A stretch of DNA of 64,000 bases from NCBI GenBank assembly GCA_002104905.1, contig MCFE01000313.1, forward strand, positions 33,384-97,383, given 5' to 3'. The stretch comes from Basidiobolus meristosporus CBS 931.73. Taxonomy: Eukaryota; Fungi; Basidiobolomycota. A program made the translations under genes and the position numbers. Of this stretch, positions 9,758-21,922 are shown in pieces (the first letter of the stretch is position 1; each line of letters opens with the position of its first letter). A model generated the notes under the pieces. That model saw only the letters and a list, made by a program, of their open reading frames with translations. It was not told where the DNA came from and did not search any database.

Positions 9758-12034
9758 ATGAATAACAATCCCAACACTCAACAAAACGACCATTCGGTCA
9801 ACGTGAATCAATCCACTAAGGTCGGGGTTCCTGGCGAGACATTGCCTCCAAGACCCGGGACAAAGCAAGAGGAGGTCCTCCAAAAGAAGGAGCACCTGCA
9901 ACAGATGGGCCAGGCTCTGCAGGAAGGAAAGCTCCCCACCACCAATCAAATCAATCAGGGCTTGAACAGGATCACCGAGGATAATGTCCTCCACAACGCT
10001 GCCAGCAACATGTCCCCCGCTGGCAAGAAGGTGATGGCTGACACCGAACGTCTGGTCGACTCCACAAAGGTGCTTCTGGCCGAGAAGAATGACAACAACC
10101 AGCTACAGAACGCCATCTACCACAGTGGCCAGGCTGGTCAGACCATGCGTGGTGGAAATGATCTGGAGCAGACTCGCAGTGCTCTTGCGAGCCAAGCGGA
10201 GGAGGCAAAAGGCCTGGCCGGTGAGGGGGCTGACAAGATCTCGAGAGTGGCCTGGCTTCTCGTGACCTCACCCCAGTTCCGCCGACTGATCAATGATGTG
10301 ACCAACATCTTCCAGGAAATGGTGCAGACCAACGTCCCTGGCCACCCAGGTCAACAGAACCAGAGCACCGTCGATCCAGCCACTGGACGCTCCACCTATC
10401 CTCACACTCAGCATGACCCTAGCCAGGCGAACAGACTCGGGGAGGAGATGGAGCCGAGAGAGGCAGCGGGCGCACTTCAGTCCACGCTCAGAGACGCTGC
10501 CGCCCCGGCTTACTTCCAAGCCAAGGAGACTGCCCGACCCCACGTTCGCCAGGCTGAGCAGGGGAACATCTCAGCCACCCAGGCTGTCACCGGGGCTGCA
10601 AAGGACATGCAAGCGGGACTTCAACAGAAGATCAGTGAAGTCAACCTCACCCCTGAACAACAGGACCATCTGATCAACAGGATGAAGGCGGTGTTGCGCG
10701 AGGTCCAAGGAAACCCAGAGTTCCAGTCAGCTGTGGACGAGCTGGTGAGCGTACTCTCTCGACTCAAGAGACACGGGATCAGAGCCTCCGAGCAGCTCCA
10801 GGACACCGCCAATGTGAAGCAGGAGGCCGGAGCTGATGACCTTGAGGTCGCCCAAGCGAACGCCAAGGAGCTTGTGGAGAACTTTGCCAGAAACAAGTCG
10901 CTCGACCCATTGCTGAACTCGTTCAGGGAGCTGGCCACTCAGGTGGACAATGACAGCGAGCTAAACCAGTACCTTGACGACTGGAAGTCGTTCATTCTTC
11001 ACTCCATCCGCGAGTACGAGTATGTCGATCGCCCGGGATACACCGACGATGCGAACCGGCTGATCGAGCGTGGCCACAACATTGTCGAAGGGAAGTATCG
11101 AGGCCAATTCCAGCAGATCAGCAACGAGATGAGCGAGTTCAACCGGGCCATCCAATCGGACCGCACCACCCAGCGCTTCGCCAACGACCTCCAGTCCCTC
11201 ACGCAGAGCCTGTTCATGGATGAGAGCGGAAAGCCCACGGTGAAGTACGACCTGGTCAAGGACTTTGCCAAGCTCATCCCTATTCTTGCCCAGAAGCTCG
11301 AGTACCTTCCACTCCCCCGAATTGAGCAGTCGGACGAGAAGATGGACATGATTCTGGACAATGTGGTGATCGAGTGCAGCAACATTGCACCCAACTTTGT
11401 CCACCTCAAGACGGACACCGTTGTGAACACCGACCCACAGGCGAAGCAGAATGTCCACAACAAGGCGTTCATCAAGTTCACCCACGTCCAGGTCAGGGCC
11501 AAGGACGTCGCCTTCTACTACAAGAAGAAGACGTTCCCCAAGGTCTCGGACGTTGGGTACATCGATATTGACATGCCCGAGGATGGAATTGAGCTGGACA
11601 TGACACTCGGCCTGAACCCGGCTGCCGGCAAGGCACATGTGTACGAGGTGATCGACTGCAACACTCGGGTCAATGACCTCAATCTGCGCATCCATGGCTC
11701 GAAGCACGACACTGTGTACAAGATTCTCTCGCCCATCATCAACTCACGGGTGAAGAAGGTCATTGAGCAAGCGGTGCCCGAGAAGCTCACCGAGCTGATG
11801 GTGAACATTGACAACCAGTTGGCGGCAGCCACCGAGCAGATTCTCGCCAACGCGCAACGCGAGCAAGGCCAAGCCAATGTGGGGGGAGGTCTGGTTGGCA
11901 AGGACCCACTTCATCCAACACAACAAGTCAACCCAGAATGGGGATCAGAGGCGTACAACCCCGAGTTCAGCACTGGACGGATCAACAACAATCTCGAACA
12001 CCAGCGTCATCAGCAGCAGCAACAGCAACACTAA
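9758..12034 (+). CDS. 758-aa intronless fungal protein, likely HAM1-like (DUF5923 + DUF4449) family with C-terminal BPI/TULIP-like lipid-binding fold
   Basis: Uninterrupted ORF. Helical N-half (GKLPTTNQI, LLVTSPQFRRLIND, ELVENFARNKSLDPL); C-half LPLPRIEQSD..MDMILDNVVI...KDVAFYYKKKTFPKVSDVG...SKHDTVYKILSP resembles my recollection of this family. Family assignment not database-verified. Confidence 0.7.
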   Translation: MNNNPNTQQNDHSVNVNQSTKVGVPGETLPPRPGTKQEEVLQKKEHLQQMGQALQEGKLPTTNQINQGLNRITEDNVLHNAASNMSPAGKKVMADTERLVDSTKVLLAEKNDNNQLQNAIYHSGQAGQTMRGGNDLEQTRSALASQAEEAKGLAGEGADKISRVAWLLVTSPQFRRLINDVTNIFQEMVQTNVPGHPGQQNQSTVDPATGRSTYPHTQHDPSQANRLGEEMEPREAAGALQSTLRDAAAPAYFQAKETARPHVRQAEQGNISATQAVTGAAKDMQAGLQQKISEVNLTPEQQDHLINRMKAVLREVQGNPEFQSAVDELVSVLSRLKRHGIRASEQLQDTANVKQEAGADDLEVAQANAKELVENFARNKSLDPLLNSFRELATQVDNDSELNQYLDDWKSFILHSIREYEYVDRPGYTDDANRLIERGHNIVEGKYRGQFQQISNEMSEFNRAIQSDRTTQRFANDLQSLTQSLFMDESGKPTVKYDLVKDFAKLIPILAQKLEYLPLPRIEQSDEKMDMILDNVVIECSNIAPNFVHLKTDTVVNTDPQAKQNVHNKAFIKFTHVQVRAKDVAFYYKKKTFPKVSDVGYIDIDMPEDGIELDMTLGLNPAAGKAHVYEVIDCNTRVNDLNLRIHGSKHDTVYKILSPIINSRVKKVIEQAVPEKLTELMVNIDNQLAAATEQILANAQREQGQANVGGGLVGKDPLHPTQQVNPEWGSEAYNPEFSTGRINNNLEHQRHQQQQQQH

Positions 12035-12153
12035 TCTCGCAAAGCGGTAGTAGTACCACACCTACATTGTCAGTGCAATCAGTAAGACTAGCAGAAACAA
12101 AAGCAACATTGTTAATCCAACCTTTGTAAATGCAATCTACCCTTCACAATATG
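9758..12153 (+). repeat. Right arm of ~2.4-kb inverted repeat
   Basis: ATG to ~120 nt of 3' UTR; 8 substitutions and 1 indel counted in the 2277-nt CDS. Confidence 0.95.
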
Positions 12154-13808
12154 CTAATCAGAGTGTATTACTGTTAAATAAGAATTAAAACAACTTGGCA
12201 TTTGTCATTTAAATCATTGCCACATCTGCACCACCAATTGTTTATTTCATTCTGACTTGGATATATGGTGATCAGGAAATTTGCCAGCCATTCCCAATGG
12301 TGAAATCATCCAGTGCTTTATACAAAGGATGGTCGGGCGACACCTCCACCTTGATACATGTTAAGCCGGTTCATTTTGGCAAATGTTGAAGATCGAAGTT
12401 GTTCAGTATGGAAATCTCCAAGATGGGTATGCCTGTGTCCAGTTGGGAGGTGCCTGAGGACCTGCAACCAAAATTTGATTTGTGCTTTCGCAATGACACA
12501 CAAGTGACCATAATTGACGGCGGACAGAGGATTTCCAGTGGCCAATGGCTGGAGGGGAATTTGACCTGCGCGCCCGGCTAAAAAACGGAACTTCCGTGCC
12601 ACTTCAAGTAGAATGGCTGAGCTCTTGAAACGCCAGATCTGGTAATCAGAATTACAACCAGCAGAGCTCATATGAAATGCAGTGGGTAGTGGTAGTCATC
12701 AAAGAATTTCCATCCACTGTCCTAGTTAAGCAATATGCTATACACTACTCAAATAGAACACATCTCATATTGCTATTTGGAGTTTGGGTACAGGTACAGG
12801 TACGGGTGCGGTTGGGAGTGTGGGGGAGGGTTGGGTCCGTGGTAAGCAAACAATATCTGATGGATGAAACAAGATTATCCATGCGCATGCATCCTGGAGA
12901 CGGTTACCAGGAATTCCCAGGCTCGTTGAACAAAGTTGCGTTATCCAGGTCCAGTCATAAATAATATCTTTGTGGACGTCGCCGTTTCAGTGTCAAGTTA
13001 ATTTTGTATCTGTTGATGTCTCAGTGTCAAGTCAACCCCCAAATAGGATAAGGTACGTATGTGTTGGTTTGGCAGAACGCCATTGGCCACCTGCCCACTC
13101 ACCCGCTCTGCAGGTGAGGTGCAACCGACCTATATGGGAATTATTCAGGAGTCTGGTGGGAGAATGTATATGACTATATTAATAAAGCATAGAAAAATTA
13201 GGGTATAGAGGATGTCCCACGCCTCTCACTTCATTTAGACATTATTTCAGCCACCAATATCAGAAAGTGTCACAAGAATCTAGCGAAAATCAATTGAGAA
13301 TACTTGGGGCTGAAGCATTCCAATTAATGAGGAATGTCTGGGGACAGGCACTAAATCGCTGTGGGTCATAGTGAGAATTGCGAATGTCAAACCCCACCAG
13401 TGCTGGATCTCGTGAGCATGACTCATGTTACGCAAAGAATCCGAAAAGAGCTTGGATGTGTCAAAACAGTCATTCCATTTCCTAGGTAGTTTTGGTATGG
13501 ATTGAGGCAAAGCAAAGGTTGATACAGTGGTTGATGCAATAATTGAAACTCCCTACTGGTTATGGCCATAATCACGGTTACCATGCTTGGCTGGTGATAG
13601 GTTGAAACACTGGTGGCCAGAAGCCGTGTTTCTTCCAGGAGCCAACTGAGCCATTCCTGAGGATTGACATAGCTTTTTGCACAGGGGTCAAAGGTGCTCC
13701 TCACTCTATGCCATGATGCCCGATTCCTATAAATTGCGCGCTGACGCTGCCATGTCCAACGAAAAAGGTGAATCTTGTTATTTGCTTTCCTTAAACGTAA
13801 CTCGTAAA

Positions 13809-15505
13809 ATGGCTCAACTTGCTACATTCAAGATCCCCGAAATTAACAATGAGCCTATGAAAAACTACGCTCCTGGCTCCGAAGAGCGCACCAAGTTGCA
13901 AGCTGCTCTTAAGGAAATGAGAGAGCAGGCTCCTTTTGAAGTCCCTTGCTTCGTCAATGGAGAGGAAATTAAGACCCAATCCATTGAACAGCAAGCCATC
14001 TCCTGTGACCACAAGAAGACTTTGTGCACCTACCACAACGCCGACTCCGTCACTGTCGCCAAGGTTTGTCATGATTTCTTTAACTGTTTAATACGGCTTT
14101 CAGTTTCTCACACTCTTTTCAGGCTATCGATGGTGCTCTGGCAGTCAAGGAGACTTGGGAAGCTTATCCCTTCAACGACAGAATTGCCATCTTCTTGAAG
14201 GCTGCCGACTTGGTCGCAACCAAGTACAGATACAAGATCAACGCCGCCACCATGTTGGGTCAAGGAAAGAACGCCTGGCAAGCTGAGATTGACTCTGCCT
14301 GCGAGTTGGCCGATTTCTTGAGATTCAACTGCCAGTACGCAGAGGAGCTCTATGCCCAACAACCCCCCAAGAACGCCACCGGTATCTGGAATCGTTCCGA
14401 ATACCGTGCTTTGGAAGGTTTCGTCTTCGCCGTTTCTCCTTTCAACTTCACTGCCATCGGAGGAAACTTGGTGTGTGCCCCTGCCTTGATGGGCAATGTA
14501 GTTGTTTGGAAGCCAGCTCCCGCTGCTGTTTATTCCAACTATCTCATCTTCGAGATTCTCCGTGAGGCGGGTCTCCCTGATGGTGTCATCCAGTTCATTC
14601 CTGGCCCTGCTCCCGAAGTCGTTGCTCAAGTCTTGAAGCATCCCGAATTCGCCAGCTTACACTTCACTGGTTCCACCCATGTGTTCAAGCAATTGTGGAA
14701 GCAAATCGGTAACAACATTGACATCTACAAGTCCTACCCCCGTATCGTCGGTGAGACCGGTGGCAAGAACTTCCACATTCTCCACAAGTCTGCCGAGGTC
14801 AAGACCACCGTATGCCAATCCATCCGTGCTGCCTTCGAATACCAAGGCCAAAAGTGTTCCGCCTTGTCCCGCCTCTATGTCCCTGACAACCTCTGGCCCG
14901 AATTCAAGAAGACCTTGATTGAGGAACATGCCAAGATCACTGTTGGCCCTGTTGACGAGTTCTCCAACTTCATGACTTCCGTCATCAACCAAGCCGCATT
15001 TGACAAGATCAAGTCCTTCATCGATTGGGCCAAGACCTCCGATGTTACCGAGACCATTGCTGGTGGTACCTACGATGACTCTGAGGGTTACTTCATCCAA
15101 CCCACTATTTTGGTCACCAAGGATCCCAAGTCCAAGACCATGGTTGAGGAAATCTTCGGTCCTGTCTTGACCATCTACGTCTATCCTGCTGATGAATACG
15201 AGCAAACCTTGGAGCTCATCAACACCACCAACTCTTACGGTTTGACCGGTGCCGTGTTTGCCCGTGATCGTCAAGCTGTCATCACTGCTACTCGCATCCT
15301 CCGCAACGCCGCCGGTAACTTCTACATCAACGACAAATGTACTGGTGCTGTTGTTGGACAGCAACCATTCGGTGGTTCCAGAGCTTCCGGTACCAATGAT
15401 AAGGCCGGTTCCATCAACCTCTTGTACCGCTTTGTCTCATCCCGCTCCATCAAGGAGAACTTCATCCCTATCGAAGACTGGGCCTATCCTTCCAACCAAA
15501 AATAA
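13809..15505 (+). CDS. PUT2: Delta-1-pyrroline-5-carboxylate dehydrogenase (ALDH4); join(13809..14063,14123..15505), 545 aa
   Basis: NEPMKNYAPGSEER, SPFNFTAIGGN, FTGST, GETGGKN (catalytic Glu), FEYQGQKCSA (catalytic Cys), EEIFGP, GQQPFGGSRASGTNDKAG. 59-nt intron GTTTGT...TTCAG (14064-14122); TATAAA 13728. Confidence 0.95.
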
Positions 15506-16767
15506 GTCCACATTAGAACATCGTGTGGAAGGGCTCAGGAGCCACGGTCAGGTTGAAAGGGTTGTATCATAAACATCCATTCTCTCTTCATTCACATTCA
15601 TTAAGCAAACAGAACTATGTTCCCTCCTTTCCCCTTAACGTGTCTTTCCGCCCTTCTAAACCACACCCATCAAAAGCCGCTAATTCGTTTATTAAAGAAT
15701 CCTGAGAAAACCATGTTACGCATGAACCGATGTGATTGGACGATGGTGGGCATGGGTGGAAAAATTGATACAACCACACTTAATCCAATATTCACCAACT
15801 TTGGTAGAGGCTTCGTGTAACCAAGGCCCGGATTGGATGGTAGAGTCTCATATTGTCGCTGCATACCTGCTTCAACCAACCTGGGCTAGTCGATGGACGT
15901 TTGAAGCAGGATTTGGGACACACAGCTGTGACAGTAGCAAGGTGACCAGATCATCGATATCCCAGCGGACGAGGTTGGGAGCCGTGTTATGTCCCAGCAG
16001 CTCTCGAGAACTCATCGAAATTTCCGGCGCCCTCTGAACGCCCACAATATCGGGTACGGAGGTAAGGAAAAACCCCTGTGCTGGATGACAAGGCATACCA
16101 GGTGTGGGGTAACGAATGGGTGGCTGACAGGTTCCACGGGTGTGGGGTGCGATTGGGTGGTTGAAAATCTCCCCTACCCACGAGCTACATCCCATACATG
16201 TCTTGCCTCAAGGCCCAGGAACCATTTCTCCAGGTCCGGAATGGCCCAGGAGCACCACAATTCGATTGGCCCTCCGCCGAATATGGATCGTATCATCTGT
16301 ACCTTGTGTAAAGGTTGGCTGCAGGCACCATCCTCCATATCGTGGTGAATCGAGCCGCTCAGCAATACAAATGATTGCTCATCTCCACTGGGCGTTCGTG
16401 AATACCAATCGCCCCGATCCTGCCGAATGGGGTGGCGCACGATACCACGCTCGCCGAAAAGCCTGGCCAGTCACCGGTTGCGATGGATGAATTTGGCACC
16501 TGGCGGTTGGAAAGTTGTGAGTCATAGGCTAGGGGATTGCGTTGGAAAATCCGGCATCGACCTGGAACTCTGCTTGGGTGGGAGCCTGATTATTGCTCAG
16601 CACAGCTGGAGTGCCCAACATGATGGGAGGTTTCAAACTTGCTTCTATATAAAACTGGAATTCCTCAATCATTGCAAATCACTGATATGCTGTCTGAGGG
16701 CCGTTTAGTGCCTCTTATACTGTTTGGAGCTCACGAACATGGTCAGCATTAGTCTAGGCTAAGTTTG

Positions 16768-17263
16768 TGTTGGAAGAGTTTAGAAGATATCGGAAGTGAT
16801 TGGTAGAACAAGTAGATTATGTGGTTTTCACCAAATGATTTATTGAGTGTAAAAGTGGTATTTATACTTTTACATGGTGTTGGCAAAACTAGCACATGGA
16901 GTATGTCTAGGAAGGACCCAAGAGCATGCATGTGCAAAGGTTGGGGTGGTTTGGACAACTTTGACAAACTTTATGTTCTGGGTATCTGATATTTTGGTGA
17001 AAAATACATCAAGTAGGTCCCATCAAGAGATCTGGTCAGAATTCTGTAAGATTTGTAGTTAACAATCCAAGTGACTGGGTTAGGAGAGTATTTAGGTGTA
17101 ATTACACAATCCACAACACTCCCACTCAACTAAATATTTGTATTAACTAGTGCTAGTTGTGAACTAAGATATTCAAGTTTGTCTTTGGCTAATGGTTTGG
17201 TCAATATGTCCAAAATCATTTCATCTGATGCAGAGTAGACTAGCTTAACTGAGTTACTCTCTA
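16768..17263 (-). mobile_element. Old Copia-A-family relic: 3' LTR (16768..17118), PPT and end of RNase H
   Basis: 351-bp TG...CA repeat similar to the Copia-A LTR; PPT TTGAGTGGGAG on minus; coding remnant similar to 31970-32090. Confidence 0.75.
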
Positions 17264-20200
17264 TGTTGTAAATCCTGTAATCACACATAAATACTCTCCT
17301 AACCCAGTCACTTGGATTGTTGCCTACAAATCTTACAGAAGTCTGACCAAACTCCTTCCCAGCATTTACCTAAAATATTTCAACAAAATATCAGGGACTC
17401 ATAACATGAAGTTTCTCAAAGTAGTCAAAATAACCTCAAACTTTGGTCACATGCTCTTGGGACATTGCTAAGTATTCTACATGTTTGTTTTGCCAAGACC
17501 AGACAAAAGTACAAGTACTATTTTATCATTCAAGAAGTTGCTAATGTTGTAAGAGTCTTGGAGATATTGGAAGTGATTGGGAGAACAAGTAGATTATGTG
17601 GTTTTCACCAAATGATTTATTGAATGTAAAAGTAGTATTTATACTTTTACATAGTCTTGGCACTAAAAACACGTAGAATAGATTGAGAAAGATTACAAGA
17701 ACATGTGTGCAAAGTTTGAGGCTGTTTGGACAACTTTGAGAATTTTCATTTTCTAGATACCTGGTATTTTGGTGAAAATATTCTAAGTAAATCCCAACAT
17801 GGAATTTGGTCAGTATTCTCTAGGATTTGAAGGTAATGATCTAAGTGACTAAGTTAGGTGAATATTTAGGTGGAAATACAAGTTTTTACAACATTTCCAC
17901 TCAGCTAAATGCTCATACTGACTAGTCCTAATTTTGACCTAAGATATTCAAACTTGTCTCTAGCTAATGGTTTGGTAAATATGTCTGCAATCATTTCATC
18001 TGTAGGACAGTCAACTAGGCCAACTAAGTTATTCTCTTTAGCTTCACAAATGAAATGATGTCTAATATCTATGTGCTTGGTTCTAGCATGAAAAGTTGAA
18101 TTTCTACCTAATTATATACATCCTTGATTATCTTGAAATAAAGTAATAGGCGTTTTTTGACATAGGCCTAAATCTGTAAAAAGCTTTCTTAACCACATTG
18201 CTTCTTTTTTAGCTTCACAGGCTGCCATATACTCTGCCTCTGTGGTAGAAAGAGCTACTGTTGGTTGCTTTCTTGAATTCCATGAAATTGCTCCTTGACA
18301 GTAAAGTAAGGTGTATCCTGTGGTGGATCTTCTGTCTTCTAAATTTTGTCCCCAATCAGCATCAGAGTATCCCACAAGATCCTGTTACAATTCCTTATAA
18401 GTGTATCTTAAGCAGATATCAGCAGTTCCTTTTAGGTATCTAAAATCTGCTTAACTGCTGCAATATGATCAGATCCATAGTACTGATTATGTAGGCTGAC
18501 AACTCCCACTGAATACAAGATATCTGGACGTATTCCAAGCATAATATACATCAGACTGGCAATCACAGATTGCTAAGGAAAGTCAGGGCTTTCAGATGGC
18601 ACCAAGCTCTCTTGATTTGCTTTGGTATTGAAGAGTCTGTATGCCTTACTCTCATTGCAGTAGCCCAAAGATATGCATTTTACACTTTTTGGCTCTAATT
18701 TTGACTGATTTCCAGGCAGTTACTTGGCATATGCTGTACACCCAAATATTCTTAGATGTTCTGCACCTGGCCTGGATTCATACCATGCTTCAAATGGAGT
18801 GGAATCACAAAGTATTCTGTTATAACTCCTATTTTTAAGGTTTACAGCTGTATCAACTGATTCCACTCAAAAATCATTGGATATTTTTGATCATGGAGCA
18901 TAGATCTTGCCATATCATTTATTGATCTGTTAGCACGTTCAGCTACTCCATTTTGCTGTGGGGAGTATGGTACAGTAGTCTCTTGCTTTATTGCATGAAT
19001 TTTGCAGAAGTGGATGAAGAGTTTTGAGGTATATTCTCCACCATTGTTAGAGCATATTTTCTTGATTTTTTCACCACTTTCTCTTTCCACCATGGCTTTA
19101 GACTCCCTGAACTTAGGCAGAGCTTCTTCCTTTCTCTCCATGAGGTAGACCCATGTGTATCTTGTATGATCATCAATAAAAGTGATTAAATACTTCATCC
19201 CACCTAAGGATAAATTTTGCATAGGTCCACACAGATCCAAGTGAATTAGATCTAATATTTTCTTAGTTTTGATCAACCCAGAGCTCTTGAACAGTTGTCT
19301 GGCTTGTTTCCCATATATGCAGGCTTCACAGTGCTCCAATTTAGCTGGGGGATCAATTCTTACTCCAGAAATTAGCTGATCTTTGATCATTTTGTGCAAA
19401 TATTAAAAATTGACGTGCCCAAATCTCCTGTCCCAAAGCATTGGTATTTCTTCATTTAAGTTACTTATATTGGCTTCCAAATATGATGGAATATAATTCA
19501 ACTCATATAGATTCTGATCTCTGATACCCAAAGCAATATAGGCACCATTTTGATAAGTGATCTTGCATCCAGAATTGTCAAAGCTGTAACAGAGTCCTTC
19601 CGCTGTGGCCTTGCTTACAGATAGTAGGTTCTTGGCTATTTCTGGTACATAGAGCACTTCTTTAAAGGTCAGTGTATGGCTTCCTTCATTGCTTCTTAGG
19701 TTTACTTGGATAGTTCCTTGTCCCACTGCATCAAGTGTTCTATCATCACCCATGAAAGCCTTCTTAATTGGAATTTCTTGATATTGGGTTAAAAGTTCTT
19801 TTTGGTGTGTAAAGTGTTGAGATGCTCCAGAGTCAATATGCCAGGTCTGAGAATCCTTGTTTATGGTCATATATAGTGCAGGTATGAATAGTCTATCTTC
19901 AGTTGTTGCAGCATTTCTGTATTCAAACTTTTTCTGCTGACTATCTTTCTTTTTGAAGCACCAGTCAGATGTGTGTCCTTTCTTTTGCAGTAGCCACAGA
20001 ACAGGTTGCTGTTGCCTTTGTAGGATCTTGGGCACCTCCTTTGTTGGTTATCATTGCTTATTAAAGCATTTTCTTCTTCCTTATTGGCACTTGATTTTCT
20101 TAATTCTTCATCTAGGAGCCTTCCATATTTGTAACTTAAGGTCAAATCTTCAGTTCTGGACTCTAGGGCTGATACAAGGCCCTGAAACTTGTCTTTCAGG

Positions 20201-21690
20201 CTATTCAGGATGGTAACTATCATGTCCTCATCAGTAGTTGGTGCACCCACAGATTCCATTTCATCTACCTGCAGGGTGATTCTGTTAATTAGATTTTCAT
20301 TTCTTCTCCTGGCAGCATCTTTGTAGTAAGGAATTTTTGTCTCAGATGCATTTTCTTAGCAGCTGAACATGACTGGTAGGTGTCTTCTAATGCCTTCCAG
20401 GCATTCTTTGCTGTTTTGCTCTTGAGCATTGAATTAGCAATTTGTCCTTAACATTAAGGCAAATGCAGTTAAAGGCAGTTTGTTCTTTCTTCTGGTACTT
20501 TAAGGCTTCCTCTCCCACATTTTTAGGAGGGCACTCTTCTCCCATGACAATATCCCAAAGGCCTTTTTCTTATGGCAGCATCTTCATCATCCAATTCCAC
20601 ACTTGGCAGTTAGATCCATCCAACTTTTCAGCAGAAGGAAAAATTCCAGTAATAGCAGTTGTAGACATTGCAGAGAGTGACAGCTTGGTGCTCATAACCT
20701 GTTGTAAGAGTCTTGAAGATATTGGAAGCTATTGAGAGAACAAGCAGATTATGTGGCTTTCACTTGATGATTTACTGAAAGTAAAAGTAGTGATTATACT
20801 TTTGCATGAGCTTGGCATTACAGACATGCAGAATAGGCTACAAAAGGTCCCAAGAACATGTGTGCAAAGTTTGGGGCTGTTTGGAAAACTTTGAGAATTT
20901 TCATTTTCTGGGTACCTGGTATTTTGGTGAAAATATTCCAAGTAAATCCTGACATGAAATTTGGTCAGTATTCTCTAGGATTTGAAGGTAATGATATAAG
21001 TGACTAAGCTAGGTGAATATTTAGGTGGAATTATGAATTTTTACAACAGTTAAGTGCAGACCACAAATATACTTGTTCTCCCAATCACTTCCAGTATCTC
21101 CAAAACTCATTCTTCAGGCTATGGGCCTCAGGTAGTCACTTTCTGGAGTACTTTCCACTGCTACTACTGGAAATTTTCTTTGTAGTGAAAAGTTAGATGC
21201 ATCAAACTACTCAGTCTGCAAGGCAAAGATAAAAATACTGCTACAGGAAAGAGGCCTTTGATATATTATCATGGGAGAAGAGCTTCCTCCTAAAGGAGTA
21301 GGAGAGGGGACCCTAAGGTACAAGAAGCTATACAGAAGTGCTGTTCACTGAATCTGCCTTAAAGCTCAAGACAAATTGCTAATTCAATTCTCAAGAGCAA
21401 AAACAGCAATGAATGCCTGGAGGTCATTAGAAGACAGCTACCAGTTATGTTGAGCTGCTAGGAAAATGTATCTTAGCAGAATATTCCTTACTACAAGGAT
21501 GGCTCAGGATAAGAAATGAAAAATTTAATCAACAGAATTACCCTGCTGGTTTATGGGATGGGATATTTGGGTGTATAAACTACTGATGGAGATGTGATGG
21601 TAACCCTCCTGAATAGCCTGACAGGAAAGATTTAGGGCCTAGTATCAGCCTCAGAGTCCAAAGCTTAAGACATGACTTTAGAGTAGGTGT
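17264..21690 (+). mobile_element. Older Copia-A-family copy: 5' LTR split by a younger copy (17264..17544 + ~21054..21116), then decayed gag to ~21690
   Basis: LTR-like sequence resumes across the insertion; 21120-21690 resembles gag at 28114-28690 with stops. Confidence 0.7.
17545..21048 (-). mobile_element. Copia-A element with internal RT deletion; LTRs 17545..17893 and 20700..21048
   Basis: Two 349-bp LTRs, PBS GGTTATGAGCACC (20687-20699 minus), PPT, gag/PR/IN/RH remnants (ORFs 19867.., 19403.., 18842.., 18112..); near-TSD GCTAA/GTTAA. Confidence 0.9.
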
Positions 21691-21922
21691 TGTATCCAAG
21701 AGATAAGTGTAATAAAGCTCTTGAAGAATTCAATTGAACCAAAGGGATAATTAAGTGCAGAATCTCAGAATGTGGCAAAATATCAGCACAAATATTCTGG
21801 TTGAATGCTGGTTGTGGATGTAGCTGGGCTTATCATCAGAGTGATATTTAAGTGACTCTTGATTGGTTGCCTGACAATTTACTCACCTTCCAATCCCAGA
21901 CACACTATCACCTCCTATGTTT

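Noticed and set aside
7227-11707. Long antisense and alternate-frame ORFs over both palindrome arms
   Set aside because: Mirror products of the GC3-rich CDS; duplicated only because the arms are.
9758-12153. Retrocopy origin of the duplicated intronless gene
   Set aside because: No poly(A) or TSD seen; shared promoter remnants and gradual 3' decay favour an old DNA-level duplication.
12318-13704. Several 60-120-aa ORFs between the palindrome and PUT2
   Set aside because: No motifs, codon bias or splice pattern supporting a gene.
14108-15364. 177- and 235-aa antisense ORFs over PUT2
   Set aside because: Same antisense shadow effect.
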